This document shows, piece by piece, positions 20,653-30,303 of a stretch of DNA of 64,000 nt. The DNA comes from Oceanispirochaeta sp. GTDB taxonomy: Bacteria > Spirochaetota > Spirochaetia > DSM-2461. The position numbers and the translations under genes are program-made. The stretch spans positions 1,728,001 to 1,792,000 of the forward strand of contig CAXXOA010000001.1 of assembly GCA_963666275.2 (NCBI GenBank), in the 5' to 3' direction. A model generated the notes under the pieces. It was not told the origin of the DNA, searched no databases, and saw only the letters and a list, made by a program, of their open reading frames with translations. How positions within the stretch are numbered: the first letter of the stretch is position 1; the number at the start of each line of letters is the position of its first letter.

Positions 20653-21177
20653 CTATTTTTTGGTTTTCGGGCTCAACAGCATAGACATAAATCTCCCTTC
20701 CATACGGGGGGGACTGTCCAGGTTGAAAGAGCCTTCTTCAAGCAGTTCAATTAATTTATCAAGAACAACCTTTCCGAGCTCGGTATGTGCCATTTCCCGA
20801 CCTCTGAATCGAATTGTAACTTTTACTTTATTACCACCGTCCAGGAATTCCTGAACATGTTTTGTTTTGAAAGCCAGGTCATGCTTTTCAATCTTGGGCT
20901 GCATGCGGACTTCTTTGAGTTTGACCAGTTTCTGCTTCTTTTTCTGTTCGCGGTTCTTTTTATCCAGATCAAACTTGTATTTCCCATAGTTGAGAATCTT
21001 ACAGACCGGCGGTTTGGACTGTGGTGCTACCTCAACCAGGTCAACTCCCGCCTCTTTCGCCATATCGAGGGCTTCACGGATGGGAACAATACCTTTCTGA
21101 TTCCCTTCCTCATCAATCAATCTAACTTCTCTGACCCGAATCTGTTCATTTATTCTCAAATCTTTAACAGCCAACAC
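20653..21177 (-). CDS. infC: translation initiation factor IF-3
   Basis: [31 protein letters not shown]; non-ATG start. Confidence 0.97.
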   Translation of the reverse strand: MLAVKDLRINEQIRVREVRLIDEEGNQKGIVPIREALDMAKEAGVDLVEVAPQSKPPVCKILNYGKYKFDLDKKNREQKKKQKLVKLKEVRMQPKIEKHDLAFKTKHVQEFLDGGNKVKVTIRFRGREMAHTELGKVVLDKLIELLEEGSFNLDSPPRMEGRFMSMLLSPKTKK

Positions 21178-21380
21178 AACTCCTTGGATCTATCTTTAAG
21201 CGATAACATCCCTGCTAACAAATTTCTAAAAAATATAGCATGTCCTGAACGAAGAGTCAAAGGGGTAGAACACCGTCTTTTATCTTCACAGCAAGGGAAT
21301 ATAACGGAATTTTCATTTTGTGTCTATAATTTAAGGCATTGTTGTCTAATCCTTAAAATCATGATAATAGTTATGTTTGT

Positions 21381-22016
21381 ATGAACATATTTTATTTGAC
21401 ATTAATGCCTCTGTTTTACTGGGGTATTCAGAACCTGTTTTCTTTTGAAAAAGTCCGTTTGACTGATGTATTGAAGCCCTGTTTTATCGGTTTATGCCTG
21501 GCTGTGCCCATGCAGCTGCTTTATTGGGCTTTTGATATATATTTTTCGTTAAACTGGAGCGGGACGGGTATCTTTTTCTTCTCTTTTTTTAATAAAGAAG
21601 GTTTCCTCTATCTTCCCTTTGCAGCCTATCTTTTCTTCCATTACAGAAAAAGTTCTGCAGGGAACCTGTATATAAGGGAGATTCTGGGATTTTTTGCAGG
21701 ATACTACTTCCTTTTTGCTTTTATAGATGTTCTCACTGGAGAGGCCCGTACCAGTTATGATCTTATTTATCTGCCCATACAGAGACTTTCTCTTATGCTG
21801 AGCGCTTCTCTGCTTCTGAACCGCTTCCTTGGGGAGAAAGACAGGATAAAATATGCCTACCTGGCAGCTATTCTGCTCCTTCCCTTCCTTTATAATATGA
21901 TTCCGGTTCTTTTCCTTGTGAATCGTCTTCTTATAGGGCATATCATTTTTATACCAATCGTCCTTGCCTCTTTTATTTTTTTCTATCTGGAAATACAGAA
22001 AAGCCAGTCTGAATGA
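21381..22016 (+). CDS. multi-pass membrane protein
   Basis: Several hydrophobic segments. Confidence 0.7.
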   Translation: MNIFYLTLMPLFYWGIQNLFSFEKVRLTDVLKPCFIGLCLAVPMQLLYWAFDIYFSLNWSGTGIFFFSFFNKEGFLYLPFAAYLFFHYRKSSAGNLYIREILGFFAGYYFLFAFIDVLTGEARTSYDLIYLPIQRLSLMLSASLLLNRFLGEKDRIKYAYLAAILLLPFLYNMIPVLFLVNRLLIGHIIFIPIVLASFIFFYLEIQKSQSE

Positions 22017-22888
22017 ATAAGGCCGGGCGGACACATCTCAGGGGATTTTTACTCGCTTTCCTGATTTTCTTTCTTCTGCTTTCCTGCAGTTCAAGGAAAG
22101 TGCTGGTTCTGACAGATCCTTACTGGGAGGACTTTTCGCCTTTATGCGGTAGCCATACTCTGACAAGAGGGCTTGTTTTCCTGAAAAATGGTCTCATCCC
22201 TGTATTTGAAACATACAGGGGGGACGATCAGGATTTTCCTGTCTGGCTGGAAGATATTCTGGAAAAGAGTCAGCCCTCGTCCATTTCTGTTACCTATCCC
22301 TATCTGCGTTTCAGTCAGATACTGCAGAATAAATTTCTTCCACTCACAGTTCTTCAGCTTAATGGTTCTCCCGGAGGAGCAGAATATTCCTATGGAATAG
22401 CAAGACGCCGGAATGCCCTGGAGAATGCCGCTGTCCTTATGAGGGAGAAGTATGAACAGGATGGCGCTCTGCCTATATTGATACTGTACAAAAATGATGC
22501 TGTATTTAACGAAGAGTATCAGGCTGTTCTCAGAGGATGGGGAAGTGATATGGATTTTCCGGAAAAGGGTGTTCTTTTTCTGGAACAGGGAAATAGTGAT
22601 ATAAATGGTCACATCCTGAGGTTTTTCAATTCCTTTGACTGGGAAAATAATTCCTATACTCTTCTGGCGATACCGGACCGCTTTCTGCCCAATCTGATTG
22701 ACCTCTGGCCTGAAGGACAGAATATAACAGCTATTCTGACAAGTCCTGATTATGATTTTCTTCCTGACAATGTGAAGTATTTAATATATCCTGATTTACA
22801 GGGACTTCTGGAGGCCTCTGCAGAAATCTCTTCCGGTAGAGTCGGGGAGGAAATCCTGTATGTGGAATCGGATCTGCATAAAAGGTAA
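22013..22888 (+). CDS. putative lipoprotein
   Basis: Signal peptide ending LLLSC. Confidence 0.7.
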   Translation: MNKAGRTHLRGFLLAFLIFFLLLSCSSRKVLVLTDPYWEDFSPLCGSHTLTRGLVFLKNGLIPVFETYRGDDQDFPVWLEDILEKSQPSSISVTYPYLRFSQILQNKFLPLTVLQLNGSPGGAEYSYGIARRRNALENAAVLMREKYEQDGALPILILYKNDAVFNEEYQAVLRGWGSDMDFPEKGVLFLEQGNSDINGHILRFFNSFDWENNSYTLLAIPDRFLPNLIDLWPEGQNITAILTSPDYDFLPDNVKYLIYPDLQGLLEASAEISSGRVGEEILYVESDLHKR

Positions 22889-23026
22889 AAAAGGTATATT
22901 TGAATATTTTTGTTTCTTCTCCGGAAAGGAATAAAAACTAAAAAAGGTTTGACACGAAATACCTGGAGAAATATAATTCATTTTGAATAAAATATTTTTA
23001 TTTTGTTGAATATTAAGGAGTTTATA

Positions 23027-23809
23027 ATGAGACATGGCCGCCTGGTTCTTGCAGGCTTATTGATTCTGTTTACTCTTTGTGCAGGCTTTTTGTTTGCCGA
23101 TGAGAAAACTCTTAAGCTTGAATCATATGTTATCGATAGTTTTGACGGTCCCGGTTCTGCGTTACATGAAGATGGAAGTCCAATTGTCTGGCAGGTAATG
23201 GGGAGTAAATTCTCTACAGAAGGTTTCCCCAAGATGGTATATGTACCGAATGAATGGCCGGATGATCTCTTTGGTCCCGATCCAGAGAACAGCGACAGCC
23301 TCCAGGTTCTCGGTATCAACTCCAGATTCGATAGAAAAGGTTACAATCAGATTGAGATTATTCCCGGTGCCGGTGAAGGCGACAGCTGGGAAGCGAAACC
23401 CATAAGTCTGCCCGGAAGAATCAAAACAGTTGATCTCTGGGTTTGGGGATCACGCTTCAACTACAGTATTGAAATGCATTTCATGGATTATCAGGGACTT
23501 GCCTACAGGCTTGATCTTATTCCCTCTGATGATAAAAGATCTGTGGGAAGCATCAATTTTTCCGGATGGAAAAATATGTATCTGGATATTCCCAATTACA
23601 TTAAACAGTCTGTTGTCTATCAGCCCGAATACAAAGGTCTGAGACTGACAAAGATTGTTGTTTATACCCATCCTTCAGAAAATGTAAGTAATTTTTATGT
23701 CTATCTTGATCATTTAAAAGTCCTTTCTGATAAGCATGAATCCTATTATGACGGATTTGGTTTGACAGATCCTGAAAGAATTCAGGAAATCTGGGGCGAA
23801 GGAGAATAA
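23027..23809 (+). CDS. flaA: flagellar filament outer layer protein FlaA
   Basis: Signal peptide; FDRKGYN, LPGRIKTVDLWVWG, NFSGWK; start after AAGGAG. Confidence 0.9.
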   Translation: MRHGRLVLAGLLILFTLCAGFLFADEKTLKLESYVIDSFDGPGSALHEDGSPIVWQVMGSKFSTEGFPKMVYVPNEWPDDLFGPDPENSDSLQVLGINSRFDRKGYNQIEIIPGAGEGDSWEAKPISLPGRIKTVDLWVWGSRFNYSIEMHFMDYQGLAYRLDLIPSDDKRSVGSINFSGWKNMYLDIPNYIKQSVVYQPEYKGLRLTKIVVYTHPSENVSNFYVYLDHLKVLSDKHESYYDGFGLTDPERIQEIWGEGE

Positions 23810-23812
23810 ACG

Positions 23813-24520
23813 ATGAAAAAGTTTTTAATCAGTTTTGTGATCGCATCAGTTTTCACCGGTATGATGATCACTGCCCAGGATGCCGGAGAACCGAATGCCG
23901 CTCAGATCGGTATTGATTCCGCTCAGCAGAAACTTCAGGAAGTTTCCGTTAGCAAGTTTGAAGATGCCGGCCTCTGGTATGGTGTTATGGCTGCTGACGA
24001 AGGGATTGTTCAGCTTCGCCGCTTTGAAGGGTCTCCTCTTGATAAGGAACCAATTGAAGGCGAAGTGGCTGCGGGAATACAGGAATCTGATGATTACGTT
24101 CTCGGTGCTAAGGTCTCTTTTTATAGAAGAGGTATGAACTCCTTCTCAATCAGACCTGTTAGGCCTCTTCCCATTGAAGGAATTACCAAAACCATTTCTG
24201 TATGGGTAGCCGGTAGAAATACCAATCATGTTCTGCAGATGGAAATCTCAGATCATTTCGGTAATGTAGCCTACATCAATATGGGAAAACTCAACTTTGT
24301 CGGCTGGAAAAAGGTAACAGTTTCTGTTCCTCCCACTATTGTACAGAGGGATTATCACTATAACAATAAAATGGGAATTACCATTCAGGGATTCAATGTT
24401 CTGTGTGATCTTGATGAGACATACGGAACCTATTACATCTATCTCGATGACCTGCGGGCCGTATCGGATCTGTTTGCTGAAGACAGCAGAGATGTTGATG
24501 ACATTCTGGATTCCTGGTGA
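23813..24520 (+). CDS. flaA: flagellar filament outer layer protein FlaA
   Basis: PIEGITKTISVWVAGRN, GKLNFVGWKK, YIYLDDLRA. Confidence 0.9.
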   Translation: MKKFLISFVIASVFTGMMITAQDAGEPNAAQIGIDSAQQKLQEVSVSKFEDAGLWYGVMAADEGIVQLRRFEGSPLDKEPIEGEVAAGIQESDDYVLGAKVSFYRRGMNSFSIRPVRPLPIEGITKTISVWVAGRNTNHVLQMEISDHFGNVAYINMGKLNFVGWKKVTVSVPPTIVQRDYHYNNKMGITIQGFNVLCDLDETYGTYYIYLDDLRAVSDLFAEDSRDVDDILDSW

Positions 24521-24621
24521 TCTTTGATTTAACCGTATAGGATGATACAGTGTAAGCGTCAAATAAACCGCATCTAATAATTTTGAAGACCTCCCAGTAC
24601 AATCTCACAAGGAGGTCTTCC

Positions 24622-24924
24622 TTGAAACAATATAAAATGGATCAGCGCCATGCTCTTCTGGCAGAATGGGAACTGTCTGGCAAATCAGTAAATCAATTCT
24701 GCCGGGATAAAAACCTGAAAGCAACAACATTCCACGGATGGAGGAAGCGATACAAACGGAAACCTCAACCTTTGGTTGAAATTCCTGTAAAACTGCCCAG
24801 GGAAACATCCATAGGCTCATCCATTGAATTGCAATGGAAATCCTACCGGATAAAACTGGACCGGGATTTTGATACAATCACATTAAAGAAACTGCTTCAG
24901 ACCCTGGAAGAGTGCAATGATTAA
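24622..24924 (+). CDS. tnpA: IS66 accessory protein TnpA
   Basis: SGKSVNQFCR...TFHGWRKR HTH; TTG start after AGGAGG. Confidence 0.85.
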   Translation: MKQYKMDQRHALLAEWELSGKSVNQFCRDKNLKATTFHGWRKRYKRKPQPLVEIPVKLPRETSIGSSIELQWKSYRIKLDRDFDTITLKKLLQTLEECND

Positions 24925-25264
24925 GGATTTCTCCCAGGTCAAAATATTTATCCGCCCCGGTGTTACGGATATGCGGAAAGCCATAAACGGTTTGGCTGTA
25001 GAAGTTCAGGATGAAATGTCTCTTGATCCCTTTTGCGGCTCTCTCTTCATGTTCTGTAATAAACAGAGACGGATTCTGAAGGCCCTCTATTGGGACCAGA
25101 CAGGGTTCTGCCTCTGGCAGAAACGTCTAGAGAAGCACCGTTTTCCCTGGCCGGATACGGAAGAAGCTGCTAAAGCCATCAGCTTTGAAGAACTCTCTAT
25201 GCTTTTGAAGGGTATAGATTTCTGGAGGGCTCATAAATCATTGAAATATTCAGAAATTGCCTGA
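24917..25264 (+). CDS. tnpB: IS66 accessory protein TnpB
   Basis: TDMRKAINGL, LYWDQTGFCLWQKRLE. Confidence 0.93.
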   Translation: MIKDFSQVKIFIRPGVTDMRKAINGLAVEVQDEMSLDPFCGSLFMFCNKQRRILKALYWDQTGFCLWQKRLEKHRFPWPDTEEAAKAISFEELSMLLKGIDFWRAHKSLKYSEIA

Positions 25265-25305
25265 AAGGAATTTACTCAAATTCCAGACTTTGCTAAAATT
25301 CTTTT

Positions 25306-26877
25306 ATGGATATTGCCTCTCTTCCTTTGGAAGCACAAAGAGAATTCCTTTTGCTGAAACAGCAACTCGCTGAATCAAAAGCCCAGAACCAGAACTGGGA
25401 AAAGAAGTATCAGCTTCTTGAAGAGAAACTGGCTTTGGCCCTGCATCGGCAATTTGGCAGAAGAGCAGAAAATATTCCTGATCAGATTGAATTGTTTGAT
25501 ACTGAAGAATCTGTGACTCCAGAGGAAGACAGTTCAGAAGAACAGGAAATATCCACCTACAAACGTAAAAAAACAGGCAGAAAGCCTCTGGATGAGAACC
25601 TTCCCCGTAAAGAACGGATTATTGATATTTCTGAAGATGAGAAAATCTGTGCCTGCGGTATGGAACTGAAGAAGATCGGAGAAGAAATCTCTGAGAAACT
25701 GCATGTGATCCCTCCCCGTATCTGGGTAGAGCGGATTATCCGGTTTAAATATGCCTGTGGTAATTGTGAAGGAACCGCCGATGAAGATGTTCCTGCTGTA
25801 AAGATTGCCCCTCCGGAGCCTTCCATCATCCCCAAAGGGATTGTCACTCCCGGTCTGTTGGCATTTCTGATGATAAACAAGTACGTGGACCATCTTCCTT
25901 TTTACCGACAGGAAAAACGGTTTGAGCGTATGGGAGCCCGGATTAGCCGTCAGAATATGAGTAATTGGCAGAAAAAGGCTTACGAAGCCCTTCTCCCTCT
26001 CTTTGAACTGCTGAAAACACACATAAAATCCGGTCCAGTGCTCCAAATGGATGAAACAACCGTCCAGGTTCTGAATGAACCAGGTCGGGATAACAAACAA
26101 AAATCCTATATGTGGCTGGCCAGAGGCGGTCCTCCGGGACAACAAGCTGTTTATTATGAGTACCATCCGACACGGGCATCGGAATATGCGAAGAATTTTC
26201 TCACTGGTTTTAAAGGGTATCTGCAAACCGATGGATATCAAGGATACAAAACCGCGGTAGAAGGCAATCCCGATATACATCTGGTAGGCTGCTTTGCTCA
26301 TGCCAGAAGGAAGTTCATTGAGGCTGATAAAGCCAGTAAGAAATCTAAAAGTGCTCTGGAAGGAATCAAACATATCAAGAAGCTCTATGCCTTGGAAAAT
26401 GATCTAAGGAGTAGGAAATTGTCTCCTGAAGATTTCCTGGAACAACGGAAAAGCAAGGCTGAACCCATTCTTGATGCATTTAAACAGTGGTTGGATAAAA
26501 GGGCTGAAAATGTTTTACCGGAAAGTGCTTTGGGAAAAGCGGTTCACTATGCATTGAATCAATGGGATTATTTGATTCGATATCTGGAAAGCCCCTATCT
26601 GACTCCGGATAATAATGCCAGTGAAAATGCTATTCGTCCTTTTGTTCTGGGGAGGAAAAACTGGCTATTTTCCGGGAATCCCAAAGGGGCAGACAGTTCC
26701 TGCGGGATGTATTCTCTGATTGAGACTGCAAAACAAAATAATTTGAATCCCTTTGATTATCTGCATTATGTTTTCTCTAAAGCTCCGCTCATCAATAATG
26801 AACAAGAATGGGAAGAATTATTACCATGGAATTTAAAAGATAACATTACGGCTGATAAAGGGCCTGTGTTTATTTGA
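25306..26877 (+). CDS. tnpC: IS66 DDE transposase TnpC
   Basis: Leucine zipper, Zn ribbon, DHLPFYRQ, MDETT, GCFAHARRKF, DNNASENAIR. Confidence 0.96.
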   Translation: MDIASLPLEAQREFLLLKQQLAESKAQNQNWEKKYQLLEEKLALALHRQFGRRAENIPDQIELFDTEESVTPEEDSSEEQEISTYKRKKTGRKPLDENLPRKERIIDISEDEKICACGMELKKIGEEISEKLHVIPPRIWVERIIRFKYACGNCEGTADEDVPAVKIAPPEPSIIPKGIVTPGLLAFLMINKYVDHLPFYRQEKRFERMGARISRQNMSNWQKKAYEALLPLFELLKTHIKSGPVLQMDETTVQVLNEPGRDNKQKSYMWLARGGPPGQQAVYYEYHPTRASEYAKNFLTGFKGYLQTDGYQGYKTAVEGNPDIHLVGCFAHARRKFIEADKASKKSKSALEGIKHIKKLYALENDLRSRKLSPEDFLEQRKSKAEPILDAFKQWLDKRAENVLPESALGKAVHYALNQWDYLIRYLESPYLTPDNNASENAIRPFVLGRKNWLFSGNPKGADSSCGMYSLIETAKQNNLNPFDYLHYVFSKAPLINNEQEWEELLPWNLKDNITADKGPVFI

Positions 26878-26892
26878 CGCTTACGATACAGT

Positions 26893-26922
26893 AAAGGGCC
26901 CTGCGTTGAGGGCCCTTTTTTT
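26893..26922 (+). terminator. intrinsic terminator (flaA operon, possibly bidirectional with tatD)
   Basis: AAAGGGCCCT-GCGTTG-AGGGCCCTTT followed by a T run. Confidence 0.8.
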
Positions 26923-26925
26923 ATT

Positions 26926-27726
26926 TTATAAGTTTAAAAACTTTTTAAAGTTATCTTCCACCTGCCGCATCAGCTGGGATTTCGGAATATCGTATTCCCT
27001 GGCAACAGCTTCATAGGTATGTCCTATATGGCCTGGATGATTCTCTCTACCTCGCAGGGGAACAGGAGAAAGGTAAGGGGCATCCGTTTCGATAAGTACT
27101 CTCTCAAGGGGAACCCATGATACCGCTTCCCGGATATCCGGGGCATTTTTAAAGGTAAAATTGCCTGCAAATGAAATCATCAGTCCCTTTTCCAGGGCGG
27201 TTTCACCCAGTTTCCGGCCCCCGGGAAAGCAGTGCAGTACTCCGCCATAGGGGAAGTCAAGCTGATTCATCCATTTTTCCAGAGCAGTATCCGCTTCTCT
27301 GCAGTGGAAAATCAGAGGCTTTTCCACCTGCAGAGAAATATCATATTGGAGTTCAAGCAACTCCATCTGATCCTGCCTGTTGGAAGTGGTTCTGAAAAAA
27401 TCCAGCCCTGTTTCTCCAACAGCTTTTACGGCAGGGTGGGATGCCTGCTTCATAAGTTGGCTATCCCTGTCTTCTGGCCAGTGATCACGGGAAATATTGG
27501 GGTGGATTCCAGCGGCAAAATATAGCCCTTTATGGTATTGGCGGTACTCGAGGCGTCTTTCAAAACTGTCAAGATCCACACCCGCATCAAGGAGTAAACT
27601 GATACCCCGCTGTTCATATTCAACAAGGAGTTCGTCCGTAGGCAGGCCTTTCCGGTTCATTTCAAGAATATGAAAATGGCTGTCTATCATCCCAGTCTCT
27701 AAATTATATTTCATATAGTTTTCCAT
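26926..27726 (-). CDS. tatD: TatD family hydrolase
   Basis: DSHFH, GIHP, GETGLD, HCREA, HCF, ETDAPYLSP. Confidence 0.93.
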   Translation of the reverse strand: MENYMKYNLETGMIDSHFHILEMNRKGLPTDELLVEYEQRGISLLLDAGVDLDSFERRLEYRQYHKGLYFAAGIHPNISRDHWPEDRDSQLMKQASHPAVKAVGETGLDFFRTTSNRQDQMELLELQYDISLQVEKPLIFHCREADTALEKWMNQLDFPYGGVLHCFPGGRKLGETALEKGLMISFAGNFTFKNAPDIREAVSWVPLERVLIETDAPYLSPVPLRGRENHPGHIGHTYEAVAREYDIPKSQLMRQVEDNFKKFLNL

Positions 27727-27727
27727 T

Positions 27728-27758
27728 AAAAAAATCCCTGCCGCCTGGACAGGGATTT
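27728..27758 (-). terminator. intrinsic terminator after fba
   Basis: AAATCCCTG...CAGGGATTT hairpin with a T run on the minus strand. Confidence 0.65.
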
Positions 27759-27783
27759 GAAAATCAGAATCTAAAAATCAGAA

Positions 27784-28776
27784 TCAAGCGTGACCGGCAG
27801 AACCGAGTACATTCTCATTTTTCAGTTTGTAGATTTCTTTCAGACTGTCTCTTGCAGGACCAAGATATTTTCTGGGATCGAACTCTTCGGGTTTTTCTGT
27901 CAGGACTTTTCTGATGGCAGCAGTCATTGCCAGACGACCATCTGAGTCGATGTTGATTTTACAAACAGCAGATTTTGCCGCTTTTCTCAGCTGCTCTTCA
28001 GGAATACCAACAGCGTCTTTCATTTTTCCGCCGTTAGCATTGATGATGGCAACCTGATCCTGGGGAACAGAAGAAGATCCGTGAAGAACGATGGGGAATC
28101 CGGGGATTCTTTTTTCAATTTCTTCAAGAATGTCAAACCGGAGGGGGGGAGGTACAAGGATTCCGTCAGCATTTTTGGTACACTGTTCGGGGGTGAACTT
28201 GTTGGCTCCGTGAGAAGTTCCGATAGAGATAGCCAGAGAATCAACTCCGGTTTTCTTGACAAAGTCTTCTACTTCTTCGGGTCTGGTATAGGTAGATTTT
28301 TCAGCTACTACATCATCTTCCACACCGGCGAGAACTCCAAGTTCTCCCTCTACTGTTACACCGTGCTGATGAGCGTACTCAACAACTTTTTTGGTAAGAG
28401 CAACGTTGTCATCGTAAGAGTGATGAGAACCGTCGATCATAACAGAAGAAAAACCGTTGTCGATACAGTCTTTACACAGTTCGAAAGTATCACCGTGGTC
28501 CAGGTGCAGAGCGATAGGAATTTCATATCCCAGCTCTTTTGCATATTCTACTGCACCTTTGGCCATGTTTCTCAGAAGAGTCGCGTTAGCGTACTTTCTG
28601 GCACCGGAAGATACCTGCAGAATAACGGGAGATTTTGTTTCTACACAAGCCTGGATAATAGCCTGAAGCTGTTCCAGGTTGTTGAAGTTGTAAGCCGGTA
28701 CAGCGTAACCGCCGGCTACAGCACCTTTAAACATCTCTGTAGTATTTGATAAACCAAGATCTTTATAACTTGTCAT
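27784..28776 (-). CDS. fba: class II fructose-bisphosphate aldolase
   Basis: LHLDHG, SVMIDGS, VEGELG, GTSHG, VLHGSS, KINIDSD; start MTSY at 28776. Confidence 0.96.
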   Translation of the reverse strand: MTSYKDLGLSNTTEMFKGAVAGGYAVPAYNFNNLEQLQAIIQACVETKSPVILQVSSGARKYANATLLRNMAKGAVEYAKELGYEIPIALHLDHGDTFELCKDCIDNGFSSVMIDGSHHSYDDNVALTKKVVEYAHQHGVTVEGELGVLAGVEDDVVAEKSTYTRPEEVEDFVKKTGVDSLAISIGTSHGANKFTPEQCTKNADGILVPPPLRFDILEEIEKRIPGFPIVLHGSSSVPQDQVAIINANGGKMKDAVGIPEEQLRKAAKSAVCKINIDSDGRLAMTAAIRKVLTEKPEEFDPRKYLGPARDSLKEIYKLKNENVLGSAGHA

Positions 28777-28974
28777 ATTTACTCCTTTGAAAGTAAATCG
28801 ATAATTTTTTGTATGATAACTATAGGCTTTTCGATGAAGCGGTGTCAAGGGAATGGGGATTTAAATCCTTTGTATTTCAAAAAATGCAATTAGATTATTC
28901 TTTTTCTGAATTAACTTTTTTACCCTGGAATTCTTGACCAATGGATTAAAGATATATAATATACCAGCAGTGTC

Positions 28975-29059
28975 GCCGGTGTGGTGGAATTGGTAGACAC
29001 CCGAGACTTAAAATCTCGTGGGCTTATAGCCCGTACCGGTTCAAGTCCGGTCACCGGCA
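28975..29059 (+). tRNA. tRNA-Leu(TAA)
   Basis: GCCGGTG acceptor, GGAATTGGTAGAC D arm, CGAGA-CTTAAAA-TCTCG anticodon arm, long variable arm, CCGG-TTCAAGT-CCGG T arm; TTGACC/TATAAT-like promoter upstream. Confidence 0.96.
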
Positions 29060-29060
29060 C
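29047..29060 (+). repeat. attL core (3' end of tRNA-Leu)
   Basis: CCGGTCACCGGCAC, repeated at 63783. Confidence 0.88.
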
Positions 29061-29067
29061 AATTTTT

Positions 29068-29108
29068 AAAAGGCTAATTTATTGCTATGCAGTAAGTTAG
29101 CCTTTTTT
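29068..29108 (+). terminator. tRNA terminator supplied by the prophage
   Basis: AGGCTAATTTATTGC-TAT-GCAGTAAGTTAGCCT plus T run. Confidence 0.8.
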
Positions 29109-29169
29109 GATGTCCTAAATGTAGACAGAAGTGTTGACAATTATTGTATTCAGACCGTAAATTTCTATT

Positions 29170-30291
29170 ATGAAAAAGCCATATCGCTTCTGGAATCGCC
29201 GTGGTAAGTTCTATGTTCAATTCGCCCATACGCCAGGTAAATGGATTTCTACCGGCTGTGATGACCGGGATGATGCCATTCGCTGGGCAGAGGCAAACCG
29301 GCGGGATGAAATAAAAGTAAACAGAAAAATAACTACATTGAATGAGTTTGCTAAAGGTTTTTTTGTTCCTGGAAATGAACTGTGGTTTAAGCGGTTGAAG
29401 AGAAAAAAGAAGACCTACGCATCCGACTATTTCAGAGCGCACCAGGGGCGGCTGGATAACTATATTCTGCCGGAGTTCGGCAGCCGGTTAATTACCAGTA
29501 TCAATACCATGGAAATTGATAATTGGTTTCTGGATCTCCGTTCTGTCCGGACGGATCAGGAGCTTTCCGATAATGCGAAGAATAAGGTACTTCACGCTTT
29601 CCGTATCGTTATGGAGGAGGCCAAGTACCAGAAAGTCATAGAAGAGAACGTGGCGGCCTCTGTAGAGGAAATAAGCGAAGAGAACCGGGAACGCCAGCAC
29701 TTTGATGAATTGGAAATGCAGAAATTGTTTCCGGATGATAAAGATGAACTGCTGCGGATATGGCAGGGGCTAAAATGGACCGTATTTTTCATGATCATGC
29801 GGGATACGGGGTTTCGTCCAGGAGAGGTCGCAGGATTGACCAGGAGGGCTTACTACAGCTCTGTGGGGGGAATCTATACTACCGGGTCGATTGATACGGT
29901 GACAGGGAAATATAAGGATTCTATTAAGACTACGAAGAAGGGGAAGGCGTATAAGCTTGGGCTTCTGGAGGATATAACTGTTAGTTTGCTTAATCAATAC
30001 CTGGAGGAAACTGATCCTGGGATTGATGAATTGATTTTTCCTGCGGCGAATACGGAAGGGATAAAGGTTGAAACTTCATTGAAGCATTTTAAACTTTCTG
30101 CCAGAAGGGCGAAGGTTAAGCTGGATGGTCGGACCCAGTATTGTTTGCGGCATTCTTTTGAAACCAGGAAACTGATGGATCTTGATTTGGAAACTGTGAA
30201 AGAACTGATGGGGCATACTAGGTACCGTAGAGAATATGATCATCGAAGTGGTGAGGAACGTTTAATGAAACTAAAACAATATGTTAATTAG
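29170..30291 (+). CDS. int: phage tyrosine integrase
   Basis: N-terminal arm-binding-like and SAM-like regions; DTGFRPGE, YCLRHSF, LMGH...Y; adjacent to attL. Confidence 0.92.
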   Translation: MKKPYRFWNRRGKFYVQFAHTPGKWISTGCDDRDDAIRWAEANRRDEIKVNRKITTLNEFAKGFFVPGNELWFKRLKRKKKTYASDYFRAHQGRLDNYILPEFGSRLITSINTMEIDNWFLDLRSVRTDQELSDNAKNKVLHAFRIVMEEAKYQKVIEENVAASVEEISEENRERQHFDELEMQKLFPDDKDELLRIWQGLKWTVFFMIMRDTGFRPGEVAGLTRRAYYSSVGGIYTTGSIDTVTGKYKDSIKTTKKGKAYKLGLLEDITVSLLNQYLEETDPGIDELIFPAANTEGIKVETSLKHFKLSARRAKVKLDGRTQYCLRHSFETRKLMDLDLETVKELMGHTRYRREYDHRSGEERLMKLKQYVN

Positions 30292-30303
30292 ATTTTCTTT
30301 CTA

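Larger units (their letters stand above)
24552..26884 (+). mobile_element. complete IS66-family insertion sequence (2333 bp)
   Basis: Perfect 17-bp IRs GTAAGCGTCAAATAAAC (24552-24568 / 26868-26884); 8-bp TSD GATACAGT (24544-24551, 26885-26892); tnpA-tnpB-tnpC. Confidence 0.96.

Noticed and set aside
27761..27786. Short tandem duplication AAAATCAGAATC
   Set aside because: Two short copies only; no evidence of function.
30120..30291. Integrase possibly inactive (YCLR instead of HxxR, short GH-to-Y spacing)
   Set aside because: The first His is variable in tyrosine recombinases, and R, R, H and candidate Y are present; not enough to call a pseudogene.
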